Under the pieces are notes generated by a model. The model did not search any database, was not told the DNA's origin, and saw only the letters and a program-made list of their open reading frames with translations. DNA of 53,575 nt from an uncultured Bacilli bacterium (GTDB lineage: Bacteria > Bacillota_I > Bacilli_A > RF39 > UBA660). The stretch lies in contig CALVII010000002.1 of assembly GCA_944329465.1 (NCBI GenBank), forward strand, positions 1 to 53,575, read 5' to 3'. The position numbers and the translations under genes are program-made. Each line of letters begins with the position of its first letter. Position 1 is the first letter of the stretch. Positions 7,801 to 16,487 of the stretch are shown here, one piece after another.

Positions 7801-9447
7801 ATGAGTAAAATAAAAATATTTGCTCTCGGTGGATTAAATGAAGATGGAAAAAATATGTATGTCGTAGAGGTCGATCATGATATATTTATATTTGATGCGG
7901 GATTAAAATACGCCGATGATAAAATGCTTGGAGTAGATTATATTATTCCAAATTATGATTATATTAAGAAAAATAGAAAAAACATTAAGGGTATATTTAT
8001 TACACATGGTCATTATGATAACATGGGAGCTTTATCAGAAATTTTAAAAGAAGTTCCTGATTTACCAATATATGGAACATCATTTACGATGGAAATTATT
8101 AAAGATGATCTTTTAGCGGATAATTTGAATGTTAAAAACTTAAGGGTTATAAAACCTCATAGAAAAATTAATTTTGGAAAAAACAGTGTTTTTCCAATTT
8201 CTTTAACGCATATGATTCCTGATAATGTTGGTTATGTTTTATATACGCCAGATGGAGCTATTTTCTATACTGGTAACTTTGTATTTGACTCGACGATGCT
8301 TGGGGCTTATAAGACAGATATTGGTAAACTTGCCTATGTTGGTAAACAAGGTGTTTTATGTTTACTTTCTGAGTCATTATATGCGGATAAACAAGGTTTT
8401 ACTTCGCCTAATCATCGCACTAGTAAAGCAATTAGAGAAGTAATAAATAATACGGAAGGACGAATTTTATACAATATTTATCAAGCTCAACTTTATAGAA
8501 TTCAGGAGTTATTTAACGAAATTAATAATACTGATCGTAATGTGGTTATTATGGGTAAAAATTTAGAAAGTGTTATTTTAAAAGCTATTGATAAAGATTA
8601 TGTTAAATTTGATAAAAAAAGAATTTTACCAATTAATCATGTTAGAGATGAGAAAGTGGTTGTTATTATATCTGACGAAAGAGAAAGACCTTTTTCTAAT
8701 TTGAAGAGAATTGTTAGAGGATATGATAAGTTTATGACAGTCACAGCAGAAGATACGGTAATATTTGCTTCACCAATTGAGGACGGTATGGAAAGAACAG
8801 CGACTAAGATATTAGATGGTTTAGCTAGAGTTGGAGCAAATGTTGTAGAGCTTTCTAAGAAAAAATATTTATCACACCATGCTTCTTCTGAGGATTTGAT
8901 GCTTATGATAGATTTAATGCAGCCAAAGTATTATATGCCGGTAATAGGTGAATATCGTCAACAAGTGGCTAATTTTAATGTGGCTAAAGAAGTTGGTATG
9001 GATGAAGATCATATTTTGCTTCGTTTAAATGGTGAGGTTGCTTATTTTGAAAACGGTAAACTTATAGATAACGGTATGAAGGTACCAGTTGACGATATTT
9101 TAATTGATGGTTTAGCGGCTGGAGATGTTGGAGAACTTGTACTTAAAGACCGCGAACTTTTGAGTGATAGTGGTATTGTTATTATAACAGCTACTATTTC
9201 TAAGGAAACTAAGGAAATTTTAGCAGGTCCTGAGGTTTTAACTAGAGGATTTATATTTGTCCGTGATAATATTAACTTGATTAAGGATGCGGAGAAAATA
9301 GCAACCGATGTTATTCGTGAAAACACTAAAACAAATTATGTTGATTTTGCTAAAGTTAAACTTGGAATTAGAGATAAGGTTGGAAAATATTTTTATGAGC
9401 AAACCGAGTGCAAACCAATGATTTTAATTGTTATTGGTGAAGTATAG
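7801..9447 (+). CDS. rnj: Ribonuclease J
   Basis: N-terminal IFALGGLNEDGKNMYVVE, a metallo-beta-lactamase/beta-CASP layout, 548 aa. Motif II reads HGHYDN rather than HGHEDH. Confidence 0.88.
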   Translation: MSKIKIFALGGLNEDGKNMYVVEVDHDIFIFDAGLKYADDKMLGVDYIIPNYDYIKKNRKNIKGIFITHGHYDNMGALSEILKEVPDLPIYGTSFTMEIIKDDLLADNLNVKNLRVIKPHRKINFGKNSVFPISLTHMIPDNVGYVLYTPDGAIFYTGNFVFDSTMLGAYKTDIGKLAYVGKQGVLCLLSESLYADKQGFTSPNHRTSKAIREVINNTEGRILYNIYQAQLYRIQELFNEINNTDRNVVIMGKNLESVILKAIDKDYVKFDKKRILPINHVRDEKVVVIISDERERPFSNLKRIVRGYDKFMTVTAEDTVIFASPIEDGMERTATKILDGLARVGANVVELSKKKYLSHHASSEDLMLMIDLMQPKYYMPVIGEYRQQVANFNVAKEVGMDEDHILLRLNGEVAYFENGKLIDNGMKVPVDDILIDGLAAGDVGELVLKDRELLSDSGIVIITATISKETKEILAGPEVLTRGFIFVRDNINLIKDAEKIATDVIRENTKTNYVDFAKVKLGIRDKVGKYFYEQTECKPMILIVIGEV

Positions 9448-9470
9448 CTAGTTTAAGACTAGCTTTTTCT
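9446..9470 (+). terminator. Terminator after rnj
   Basis: AGCTAGT pairs with ACTAGCT, followed by TTTTT. Confidence 0.6.
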
Positions 9471-9509
9471 TTTGATTTATGGTATTATCTTCCCTGGGAA
9501 GTGATAAGT

Positions 9510-10922
9510 ATGTTGATGCCACATTTAGCTGAAGCTAAAAAAAGAACGAAAAATAAAGTGATGATTAAAAAGTATGAAATAAAAGACGAATTTAAAAAAT
9601 TAGGTTTAGGAAAGACTTATTTTATTAAGACTTATGGGTGTCAGATGAATGTTCATGATTCAGAGAATATAAAAGCTATTTTAGAACAAATGGGATTTAA
9701 AGAAGTTTCTTCTATGGATCAAGCCGATTTAGTTTTACTTAATACTTGTGCGATTAGAGAAAATGCTCATAATAAAGTGTTTGGAATGATTGGTAGGCTT
9801 AAACATATGAAGGAAGAAAAGCCAAATATTATTACAGGTATTTGTGGTTGTATGGCTCAAGAAGAGGTTGTAGTTAATGAAATTTTAGATAAATATCGTT
9901 TTTTAGATATTGTATTTGGAACTCATAATATAAATGAATTACCAATGATATTGGCTAAAGCGATGCATCAAAATAAAATAGAAGTCGATGTTAAAACTAT
10001 CGAAGGTGATATTATCGAGAATATGCCGGTTAAAAGGGATAGTAAATATAAAGCATGGGTTAATATCATGTATGGCTGTGATAAGTTTTGTACATATTGT
10101 ATAGTTCCTTATACTAGAGGAAAACAAAGAAGTAGAAGGTTTGAAGATATTATAAATGAAGTTGAATCTTTGAAAAAAGATGGTTATAAAGAAGTTACTT
10201 TACTTGGTCAAAATGTTAATGCGTATGGCAAGGATTTAGGATTAGATTATGATATGAGTGATTTATTAGAAGGTGTGGCTAATACGGGAATTGAAAGAGT
10301 TCGTTTCGTAACTTCACACCCTTGGGATTTTACAGATAAAATGATTGAAGTTATTGGAAAATATCCTAATATTATGCCGTATATTCATTTACCTTTACAA
10401 TCTGGTTCTGATAGAATACTTAAACTTATGGGAAGAAAATATACCAAAGAAAGTTATTTAGAATTATTTGATAAGATAAAAAAAACGGTGCCTAATGCGT
10501 CTATTACGACGGATATTATTGTAGGTTTTCCTGGTGAGACGGAAGAGGATTTTTTAGAAACTTTAGATGTAGTTAATAGATGTAAGTATGATTCAGCATT
10601 TACATTTATATTTTCACCTAGAGAAGGTACTCCGGCAGCTAAAATGAAAGATGATACACCACTTTCTGTTAAAGAAGAGAGATTACATAGGTTAAATGAG
10701 ACTGTTAATAAATATGCTTTAGAGGCCAACCAGAAGTATTTAGGTAAGGTAGTGTCTGTGTTACTAGAAAATGTGAGTGAGAAAGATGAAGGTATGCTTG
10801 CGGGATATACAGATACTATGAAACTTGTCAATGTGAAAGCACCTAAAGATATGCTTGGTAAAATTGTAGATGTTAAAATAACTGATGTTAAAACATGGAG
10901 TATGGATGGAGAGATAGCTTAG
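9510..10922 (+). CDS. miaB: tRNA (i6A37) methylthiotransferase MiaB
   Basis: TYGCQMNVHDSE N-domain, radical-SAM CDKFCTYCIVP, and a C-terminal TRAM domain. I chose the start behind GGGAAGTGAT. Confidence 0.9.
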   Translation: MLMPHLAEAKKRTKNKVMIKKYEIKDEFKKLGLGKTYFIKTYGCQMNVHDSENIKAILEQMGFKEVSSMDQADLVLLNTCAIRENAHNKVFGMIGRLKHMKEEKPNIITGICGCMAQEEVVVNEILDKYRFLDIVFGTHNINELPMILAKAMHQNKIEVDVKTIEGDIIENMPVKRDSKYKAWVNIMYGCDKFCTYCIVPYTRGKQRSRRFEDIINEVESLKKDGYKEVTLLGQNVNAYGKDLGLDYDMSDLLEGVANTGIERVRFVTSHPWDFTDKMIEVIGKYPNIMPYIHLPLQSGSDRILKLMGRKYTKESYLELFDKIKKTVPNASITTDIIVGFPGETEEDFLETLDVVNRCKYDSAFTFIFSPREGTPAAKMKDDTPLSVKEERLHRLNETVNKYALEANQKYLGKVVSVLLENVSEKDEGMLAGYTDTMKLVNVKAPKDMLGKIVDVKITDVKTWSMDGEIA

Positions 10923-10973
10923 GTTATCTTTTTTGTTTATCATTTGAAAAAATGGGTTTATAAGGAGTTATGA

Positions 10974-11720
10974 ATGAATTTATTTTTGAAAAAATTTAAA
11001 AAAGCGGTATTTTATTTAGAAAAAATAAAATTTAAATTTGCTGATAAGTTTCATTTAAATGATTATGCGATTAAAAGATTAGAAAAACAGTATAAACATT
11101 TGCTTGCAAAAGCTAAAAGTGAGGATGAAAAGAAGAAAATTAATTCTTATTATAAGTATAGATTAATGTTATTAAAAAAAGAAAGTAACCGTGGGGAAAA
11201 TATTAATTATCATTTTAATAAAGATAATCCATTAGAAACATTATATTGGCTTAATATCAACAAAAATATTCATACTAAAGGATTGAAGCACAATCTTATA
11301 AAATTACTAATTGAAATTTTATTATTAGTTTTATCTATGAATGATTTGTTTGGAACATTTGAAAGTATAGTTAATGTTTTATCTATTTTAGGTTTAGTAA
11401 AAGAAAGTATTTCTATGTGTATAAATGGTAGCTGTATTATGCTTCAAAATTATAATATAGATAGAGTAGAAAAATATATTGCGGGTCCTTATCAAAAAAG
11501 AAAAGAAAAAATAGAAAGGAAAGCAGTAGAGTATGTACCACTTACGGAAGTTACTTCTAAAGTTATAGATAAAAGTGATGGTTTACCAACACCTAGCGAA
11601 ATGCTTGCAAGTTTAACGACTGATGAACAAAAAGAATTGTTTTTGAAATTAGTTAGGCAAGAACTTAAATATAGAAAAAGAAAAGAAGAAACTAGTAAGG
11701 TTAAAATTCTTTCAAAGTAA
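10974..11720 (+). CDS. Hypothetical membrane protein
   Basis: A 248-aa ORF with SD AAGGAG, a central hydrophobic segment, and Lys-rich ends. Confidence 0.5.
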   Translation: MNLFLKKFKKAVFYLEKIKFKFADKFHLNDYAIKRLEKQYKHLLAKAKSEDEKKKINSYYKYRLMLLKKESNRGENINYHFNKDNPLETLYWLNINKNIHTKGLKHNLIKLLIEILLLVLSMNDLFGTFESIVNVLSILGLVKESISMCINGSCIMLQNYNIDRVEKYIAGPYQKRKEKIERKAVEYVPLTEVTSKVIDKSDGLPTPSEMLASLTTDEQKELFLKLVRQELKYRKRKEETSKVKILSK

Positions 11721-11807
11721 GATATAGCTATTTGTGTTATATCTTTTTTTTCTTGAAAAAAATTCATTATTTTGGTATTATTGTTTTAAAGAGTAGGAGA
11801 TAAGTAT

Positions 11808-13133
11808 ATGAAAGATACTGAAAACAAAATAAAAGAATTTGTTAAAAGGGTAGAAGATAGGACTAATGATGCACTTGAAGATTCTTTGATGGATGAGGAT
11901 GCGAAGACGGAAAATTTTGATGTTAATTATACTGATATAGTTCATAATAGTGCGAAAGCCAAAATGTCTAAGTTACCTTGGCTTATTTCGATATTTTTGA
12001 TTTTGGTGATTGCAATAATGTTTTGTTTGACTTTTTTCAGTAGTAATCCTAAGACCTTATTTACACAAACTGTCGATGGTTTATTTGATTATTTAGAGGA
12101 AAATATCAACGATAATGTTTATGATATTATGGATGGTAATATTAATTTGGATTATACTATTAAGACCAGTGGTGAAGATTCTGATATATATAGTGAACTT
12201 AGTAAGGTTGATTTTGATGCGGATTATGTTAAAGATAATGCGGGTGGACAAAGTTATATTGATTTGAATACAACTTATGATGGTGAAGAGTTTGTGAAGG
12301 CGATTATATATGGTGATGGGGATAGTACTTATGTTTATTCTCCTAGTGCTTCTGATAAATATATAAAATTAGATGGTAATAGACTAAGTTATTTAATGAA
12401 TGGTAGTGATATTAAAGTTATTTCAAACGGTTTAAATCAAGCTATTGATAAGGTTATTGCTGGTGAAAAAATATATGGTTCTAAAGAAAATTTAGATATC
12501 GACGGTGAAGTTATAAAAAGTTATAAGGTAAAACTTGTTATCAATAATAAAAATAGAAACAGGGTGGCTGAGACTTTTATTAATACACTTAAAGCTAATG
12601 AAGAGTTAGTTGGTGTTTTAGCTAAAATGAAGGGTGTAGATAATAAAGATATTAGAAATTCTTTTGATAATTATCTATCTAGAATTAAGGAAAATTTGAA
12701 AAAAAGTGAAAAATTAGAAATAGCTTTTTATGTGGACGATAAAACAAAAGAGTTTATTAAAACTGAAATTTTAAGTAAACTTGGTAATGTTAGTGTGACT
12801 AAAAAAATTAATAATAAGTTTACATATATTATTTCAGTAACTAGTGAAGGCACTTTAACGACAGGAGAATTCGCATTTACAGTGAATGACAATAAAACCA
12901 AGTATACTTATAATTTATATTATAAAAAAACTAAGGATGACGAGGTTTTGGCAGAAAGTAATTTTGATTTAAAGTATACAAGTAAGCAAGCCGATAGATT
13001 TGAAAAGGTAGATGTAAGTGATAATATATCTTGGTCTTCAGTTAACGATTTAGAAAGATTAGGAATTTATACTAAGATAATGTCTGATGTCCGTTTAAGT
13101 AAGTTTTTACCAATAATACAAAAAGTAGTTTAA
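11808..13133 (+). CDS. Hypothetical membrane-anchored protein
   Basis: A 441-aa ORF with SD AGGAGA and one TM segment (LPWLISIFLILVIAIMFCLTFF), followed by a large extracytoplasmic part. Confidence 0.55.
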   Translation: MKDTENKIKEFVKRVEDRTNDALEDSLMDEDAKTENFDVNYTDIVHNSAKAKMSKLPWLISIFLILVIAIMFCLTFFSSNPKTLFTQTVDGLFDYLEENINDNVYDIMDGNINLDYTIKTSGEDSDIYSELSKVDFDADYVKDNAGGQSYIDLNTTYDGEEFVKAIIYGDGDSTYVYSPSASDKYIKLDGNRLSYLMNGSDIKVISNGLNQAIDKVIAGEKIYGSKENLDIDGEVIKSYKVKLVINNKNRNRVAETFINTLKANEELVGVLAKMKGVDNKDIRNSFDNYLSRIKENLKKSEKLEIAFYVDDKTKEFIKTEILSKLGNVSVTKKINNKFTYIISVTSEGTLTTGEFAFTVNDNKTKYTYNLYYKKTKDDEVLAESNFDLKYTSKQADRFEKVDVSDNISWSSVNDLERLGIYTKIMSDVRLSKFLPIIQKVV

Positions 13134-13146
13134 GCTACTTTTTTTT
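13113..13146 (+). terminator. Terminator after the 441-aa ORF
   Basis: AAAAAGTAG pairs with CTACTTTTT, followed by a T run. The hairpin spans the stop codon. Confidence 0.5.
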
Positions 13147-13194
13147 GTGTACTTTTTTAGGTGAAATGCATATCTTAAAGTGAGGGGTGATAAA

Positions 13195-13731
13195 GTGGCA
13201 TCATATAAAGAAATAGTAACCAAGGCAATTATTGGTAAAGGTAAGAAACATTTTAAAAACAGTTATACAATAGAGGCGGATAATAAACCGACGACAGTTT
13301 TGGGATGTTGGGTAATTAATCATAATTTTAAAGGTTATAAATCTGGTGATAAAGTTGGGGTTGATGGATCTTTTGATATAAATATTTGGTATTCTTATGA
13401 CGAAGATAGTAAGACGGCGGTTATTAATAAGAAGATTGAGTATAATGATTTATTTAATGTAAAATTAAAAGAGAATGCCGATTTATCTGGTGATACCGAT
13501 ATAATTGTAAGAAGTTTAAAACAGCCGACATGTTCAGGGGTGAATATTCAAGATGATAGTATGATATCATTTAATATTGAGAAAGAACTTGGCGTAGAAA
13601 TTGTTGGGGAGACTAAAGTTAAAATTGCCGTTGAGGATGACGAAGAGCCTTGGGATGAAATAGTCGATGACATTGACGAGGATACTTTAAAAGAAATTGA
13701 CGAAAAAGTGTCAGAAGATTATTTAAAATAG
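13195..13731 (+). CDS. cotE: Outer spore coat morphogenetic protein CotE
   Basis: It is collinear with B. subtilis CotE as I recall it (SYKEIVTKA..GKGKK, WVINH, DINIWYSY, LKQPTC, VGETKV, acidic tail). The GTG start lies behind GAGGGGTGA. It lies downstream of miaB (two ORFs between), as cotE lies near ymcB(miaB) in B. subtilis. Confidence 0.8.
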   Translation: MASYKEIVTKAIIGKGKKHFKNSYTIEADNKPTTVLGCWVINHNFKGYKSGDKVGVDGSFDINIWYSYDEDSKTAVINKKIEYNDLFNVKLKENADLSGDTDIIVRSLKQPTCSGVNIQDDSMISFNIEKELGVEIVGETKVKIAVEDDEEPWDEIVDDIDEDTLKEIDEKVSEDYLK

Positions 13732-13752
13732 TGCGAAAAGCGCACTTTTTTG
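13730..13752 (+). terminator. Terminator after cotE
   Basis: AGTGCG pairs with CGCACT, followed by TTTTTT. Confidence 0.6.
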
Positions 13753-13777
13753 ATATACTTTTGTTAGGGTGATACTT

Positions 13778-14440
13778 ATGGGTAAGATATATTTAATTAG
13801 ACATGCCTTTACACCGGCTAATAATGCAAGTTATAATAATCAAGAGGGTTTATGGCAGATTGCTTTAGATAAGGATATGCCTATTGAAAGAGAGTATGGA
13901 ATAAAGCAAGCTTTGGAATTAGGTGAATATTTAAATAATTTGAATGGTAAAATTCTAATAATTGCTAGTCCGTATTTAAGAGTGCGTCAAACACTTAAAT
14001 ATGCTTTATCTAAAATGCAAGGTAATTATGAAATTAGGGTAACTGACGAACTTCATGAGTTTTCATCAGGTGTACATTATGCTCATACAATAGACGAGGT
14101 TCTTAGAATGTATCCTTCTAGTAAAAAATATTTTGAAGAAGCTAAAAAAGATTTAGAAAATGCGGTATATACGGGTGGTGAAAGTAGAAACAATGTTAAG
14201 AAGAGGGTTAAAAGAATTGCATTAGAAATAGAAAAATTAGCTTTAGAATATGATTGTGTTTTAGTTTTTGGACATGGAACAGTTAATCATTATATATATT
14301 ATTGGCTTACGGGTGAGTATATAGATCATGATATGAAAAATTGTGAGGTGTTTTCGGTTAATGATAAAAAGAGTTTGTTTGTACCTATAACTTTTGTGCC
14401 TAAAGGATTTATTGTTGATATAGATAGTTATAAACAATAA
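13778..14440 (+). CDS. Histidine phosphatase family protein (phosphoglycerate-mutase-like)
   Basis: N-terminal IYLIRHAFT (RH catalytic motif) and a later FGHGTV. ATG at 13778 follows GGGTGAT. Confidence 0.8.
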   Translation: MGKIYLIRHAFTPANNASYNNQEGLWQIALDKDMPIEREYGIKQALELGEYLNNLNGKILIIASPYLRVRQTLKYALSKMQGNYEIRVTDELHEFSSGVHYAHTIDEVLRMYPSSKKYFEEAKKDLENAVYTGGESRNNVKKRVKRIALEIEKLALEYDCVLVFGHGTVNHYIYYWLTGEYIDHDMKNCEVFSVNDKKSLFVPITFVPKGFIVDIDSYKQ

Positions 14441-14461
14441 AACTCTGTTAACAAAAAAAGG

Positions 14462-14490
14462 TTGACACTATATTATTTTTATGATAGAAT
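14462..14490 (+). promoter_or_regulatory. SigmaA-type promoter of rpsP
   Basis: TTGACA, a 17-nt spacer, then TAGAAT. Confidence 0.5.
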
Positions 14491-14514
14491 TATTTACAGA
14501 AATGGAGGGATATT

Positions 14515-14796
14515 ATGGCAGTTAAATTAAGACTTTTAAGAATGGGAGCAAAAAGAAAACCATTTTACCGTATTGTGGCGGCTGATTCAAGAGTAAAAAG
14601 AGATGGTAAGTATATCGAATTAGTTGGTACTTATAATCCTATTACTGAACCGGCTGAAATTAATATTAAAGAAGATGTAGCTTTAAAATGGCTTCAAAAT
14701 GGAGCTATTCCTACTGATACAGTTAAAAGTTTATTTAATAAAAAAGGAATTAATAAAAAATTCCACGAAATGAAATTTTCTAAAGAAAGTAAATAA
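14515..14796 (+). CDS. rpsP: 30S ribosomal protein S16
   Basis: [26 protein letters not shown]. Confidence 0.96.
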   Translation: MAVKLRLLRMGAKRKPFYRIVAADSRVKRDGKYIELVGTYNPITEPAEINIKEDVALKWLQNGAIPTDTVKSLFNKKGINKKFHEMKFSKESK

Positions 14797-14798
14797 TT

Positions 14799-15041
14799 AT
14801 GCAGTTAGGTAGTTTAACGGAATTTTTAGTTAAAAGTTTAGTTAAAAATCCAGATATGGTATCAGTAAAGGTTTTTGATGATGAAGATAAAATTACAATT
14901 GAAGTTTTAGTAAGTAGCGAAGATATGGGAAGAGTAATTGGTAAAAAGGGAATGATAGCGTCTTCTATTAGGACAATTGTTCAAGCTAGTAGTTATTTGA
15001 ACCATGAAAAACATGCAGTTATTAATATAGATTCTTTTTAG
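14799..15041 (+). CDS. KH domain RNA-binding protein (YlqC/UPF0109)
   Basis: VIGKKGMIASSIRTIV (GxxG KH motif), 80 aa, directly after rpsP as in Bacillus. Confidence 0.85.
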   Translation: MQLGSLTEFLVKSLVKNPDMVSVKVFDDEDKITIEVLVSSEDMGRVIGKKGMIASSIRTIVQASSYLNHEKHAVINIDSF

Positions 15042-15051
15042 AATTTTGTAA

Positions 15052-15088
15052 AAAGATGTCAATTTAGATTTGATATCTTTTTTTTGAC
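15052..15088 (+). terminator. Terminator after the KH-protein gene
   Basis: AAAGATGTCA pairs with TGATATCTTT (one G-U), followed by a T run. Confidence 0.55.
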
Positions 15089-15132
15089 GTGTAATGTTGA
15101 TTATTTGTGGTAAAGTATTTATAGGTGGTATA

Positions 15133-15657
15133 ATGCTTTTTAGTGTTTTGACTTTTATTATGCTTTTTTTAAGTATTTGTGTTAAATCTAGAAAAATGTC
15201 TTTAAATTTTCAATCATTGAGTTGTTTATTTGAGTCTTTTTATGGTTTTACTATTGGGGCTTTAACTGGTGCAGTACTTAGTTTTATTAACTTTATTAGG
15301 TCGACGCTTTTTTGCCATAGAGAGAAGTTTAATAAAAATCTTTATTTTTTCTTGTTGATGTTTTTTGAATTTTTGGTTTGTTTAAACTGTGTTTTAACTT
15401 GGGGTGGAATGATATCTTTTTTGCCAACGATTGGCTCAATTATTAGAGTTTACTGTTTATGGCAAAGTGATATGAAACTAATTAGGTTATCTGGCATGTC
15501 AACGGCTATTACATATGGTTTGTATTATGCTTATTTTGGTGCTTCTTTTTTGATTTTGGGTTATATTTTATTGTTTGTTATTAGTGCTTTTTCGTTTCTA
15601 GAAAAGGATTTAAAATTATTTGAATTTAATGGATTACATTTGAATAAAAATAGTTGA
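15133..15657 (+). CDS. Hypothetical polytopic membrane protein (possibly YgjV-like)
   Basis: It has 5-6 hydrophobic segments. ATG at 15133 follows AGGTGG. The family call is a weak recollection. Confidence 0.45.
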   Translation: MLFSVLTFIMLFLSICVKSRKMSLNFQSLSCLFESFYGFTIGALTGAVLSFINFIRSTLFCHREKFNKNLYFFLLMFFEFLVCLNCVLTWGGMISFLPTIGSIIRVYCLWQSDMKLIRLSGMSTAITYGLYYAYFGASFLILGYILLFVISAFSFLEKDLKLFEFNGLHLNKNS

Positions 15658-15684
15658 TGTGTTATATTAATGATGGAGGAGCTT

Positions 15685-16059
15685 ATGAAAAAAGGATTTA
15701 CACTTATTGAATTGTTGGCAGTTATTGCTATTTTGGGAGTTATTTTATTAATTGTTATGCCTAGTGTGACAGGAATTTTAAGTAGAACGCAGGGCAGACT
15801 TAATAACGAACAAAAAACTGCGATTTTGAATGCGGCTAGGCAGTGGGGAACGACTAATTTAGCTGAGACTGATGGTAAAATTTATTATAATGGAAGTGAA
15901 AAGAAATATGTCACTATTAAAGAATTACAAGATTCAGGTTATTTAGAGGATAAAACTATTAAAGATATGACTGATAAAGGTGATGTGTCTAAAGATACTA
16001 AAATATGTATCAACTATAAAGATTATCAGTATGTCTATGAATATGATGGAGAGTGTTAG
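15685..16059 (+). CDS. Type IV pilin / pseudopilin with prepilin-type N-terminal methylation motif
   Basis: MKKG|FTLIELLAVIAILGV with Glu at +5. A C-terminal Cys pair (KIC...GEC) fits a disulfide-bonded D-region. SD is GGAGGAG. Confidence 0.85.
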   Translation: MKKGFTLIELLAVIAILGVILLIVMPSVTGILSRTQGRLNNEQKTAILNAARQWGTTNLAETDGKIYYNGSEKKYVTIKELQDSGYLEDKTIKDMTDKGDVSKDTKICINYKDYQYVYEYDGEC

Positions 16060-16061
16060 AG

Positions 16062-16427
16062 ATGAAAAAAGGATTTACATTAATTGAGTTACTGGTGGTA
16101 ATTGCTTTACTTGGAATAATTGCAGTTTTAGTGACAAGTTCGGTTATTGGTATTATGAATGATTCGAAATCTTCACTTTCTAGTACCCAAAAAAATACTT
16201 TAGAAAATGCAGCTGAAAAGTGGGGAACTATTAATGCTGATAAAATGCCATATAATGATGGTGATCATATAGATGTGGATATTGAGGATTTAGCTAATGA
16301 AGGTTTTATAGATAGTTCTGATTTGGAAGATCCTAAGACAGGAAAAAATTTATGTGGTGTTATTAGAATAAGTTATAAGGCTTCTAATAATCAATATAGT
16401 TATGAATTTGTAGAAGAGGACTGCTGA
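16062..16427 (+). CDS. Type IV pilin / pseudopilin, second tandem paralog
   Basis: MKKG|FTLIELLVVIALLGI and a C-terminal Cys pair (NLC...EEDC). It is tightly linked to the preceding pilin gene. Confidence 0.85.
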   Translation: MKKGFTLIELLVVIALLGIIAVLVTSSVIGIMNDSKSSLSSTQKNTLENAAEKWGTINADKMPYNDGDHIDVDIEDLANEGFIDSSDLEDPKTGKNLCGVIRISYKASNNQYSYEFVEEDC

Positions 16428-16487
16428 GGTGGTCTTTTTTGTTATAAAAAATAATTTTTGACATATTTTTTAATAGGGGCGATGTTT

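Noticed and set aside
13151-13177. SigmaK-like promoter (AC-16-CATATCTTA) upstream of cotE
   Set aside because: The -10 element ends only about 5 nt before the SD and 18 nt before the GTG start. A transcript from it would lack a ribosome-binding site. The real promoter is probably further upstream, or the match is chance in AT-rich DNA.
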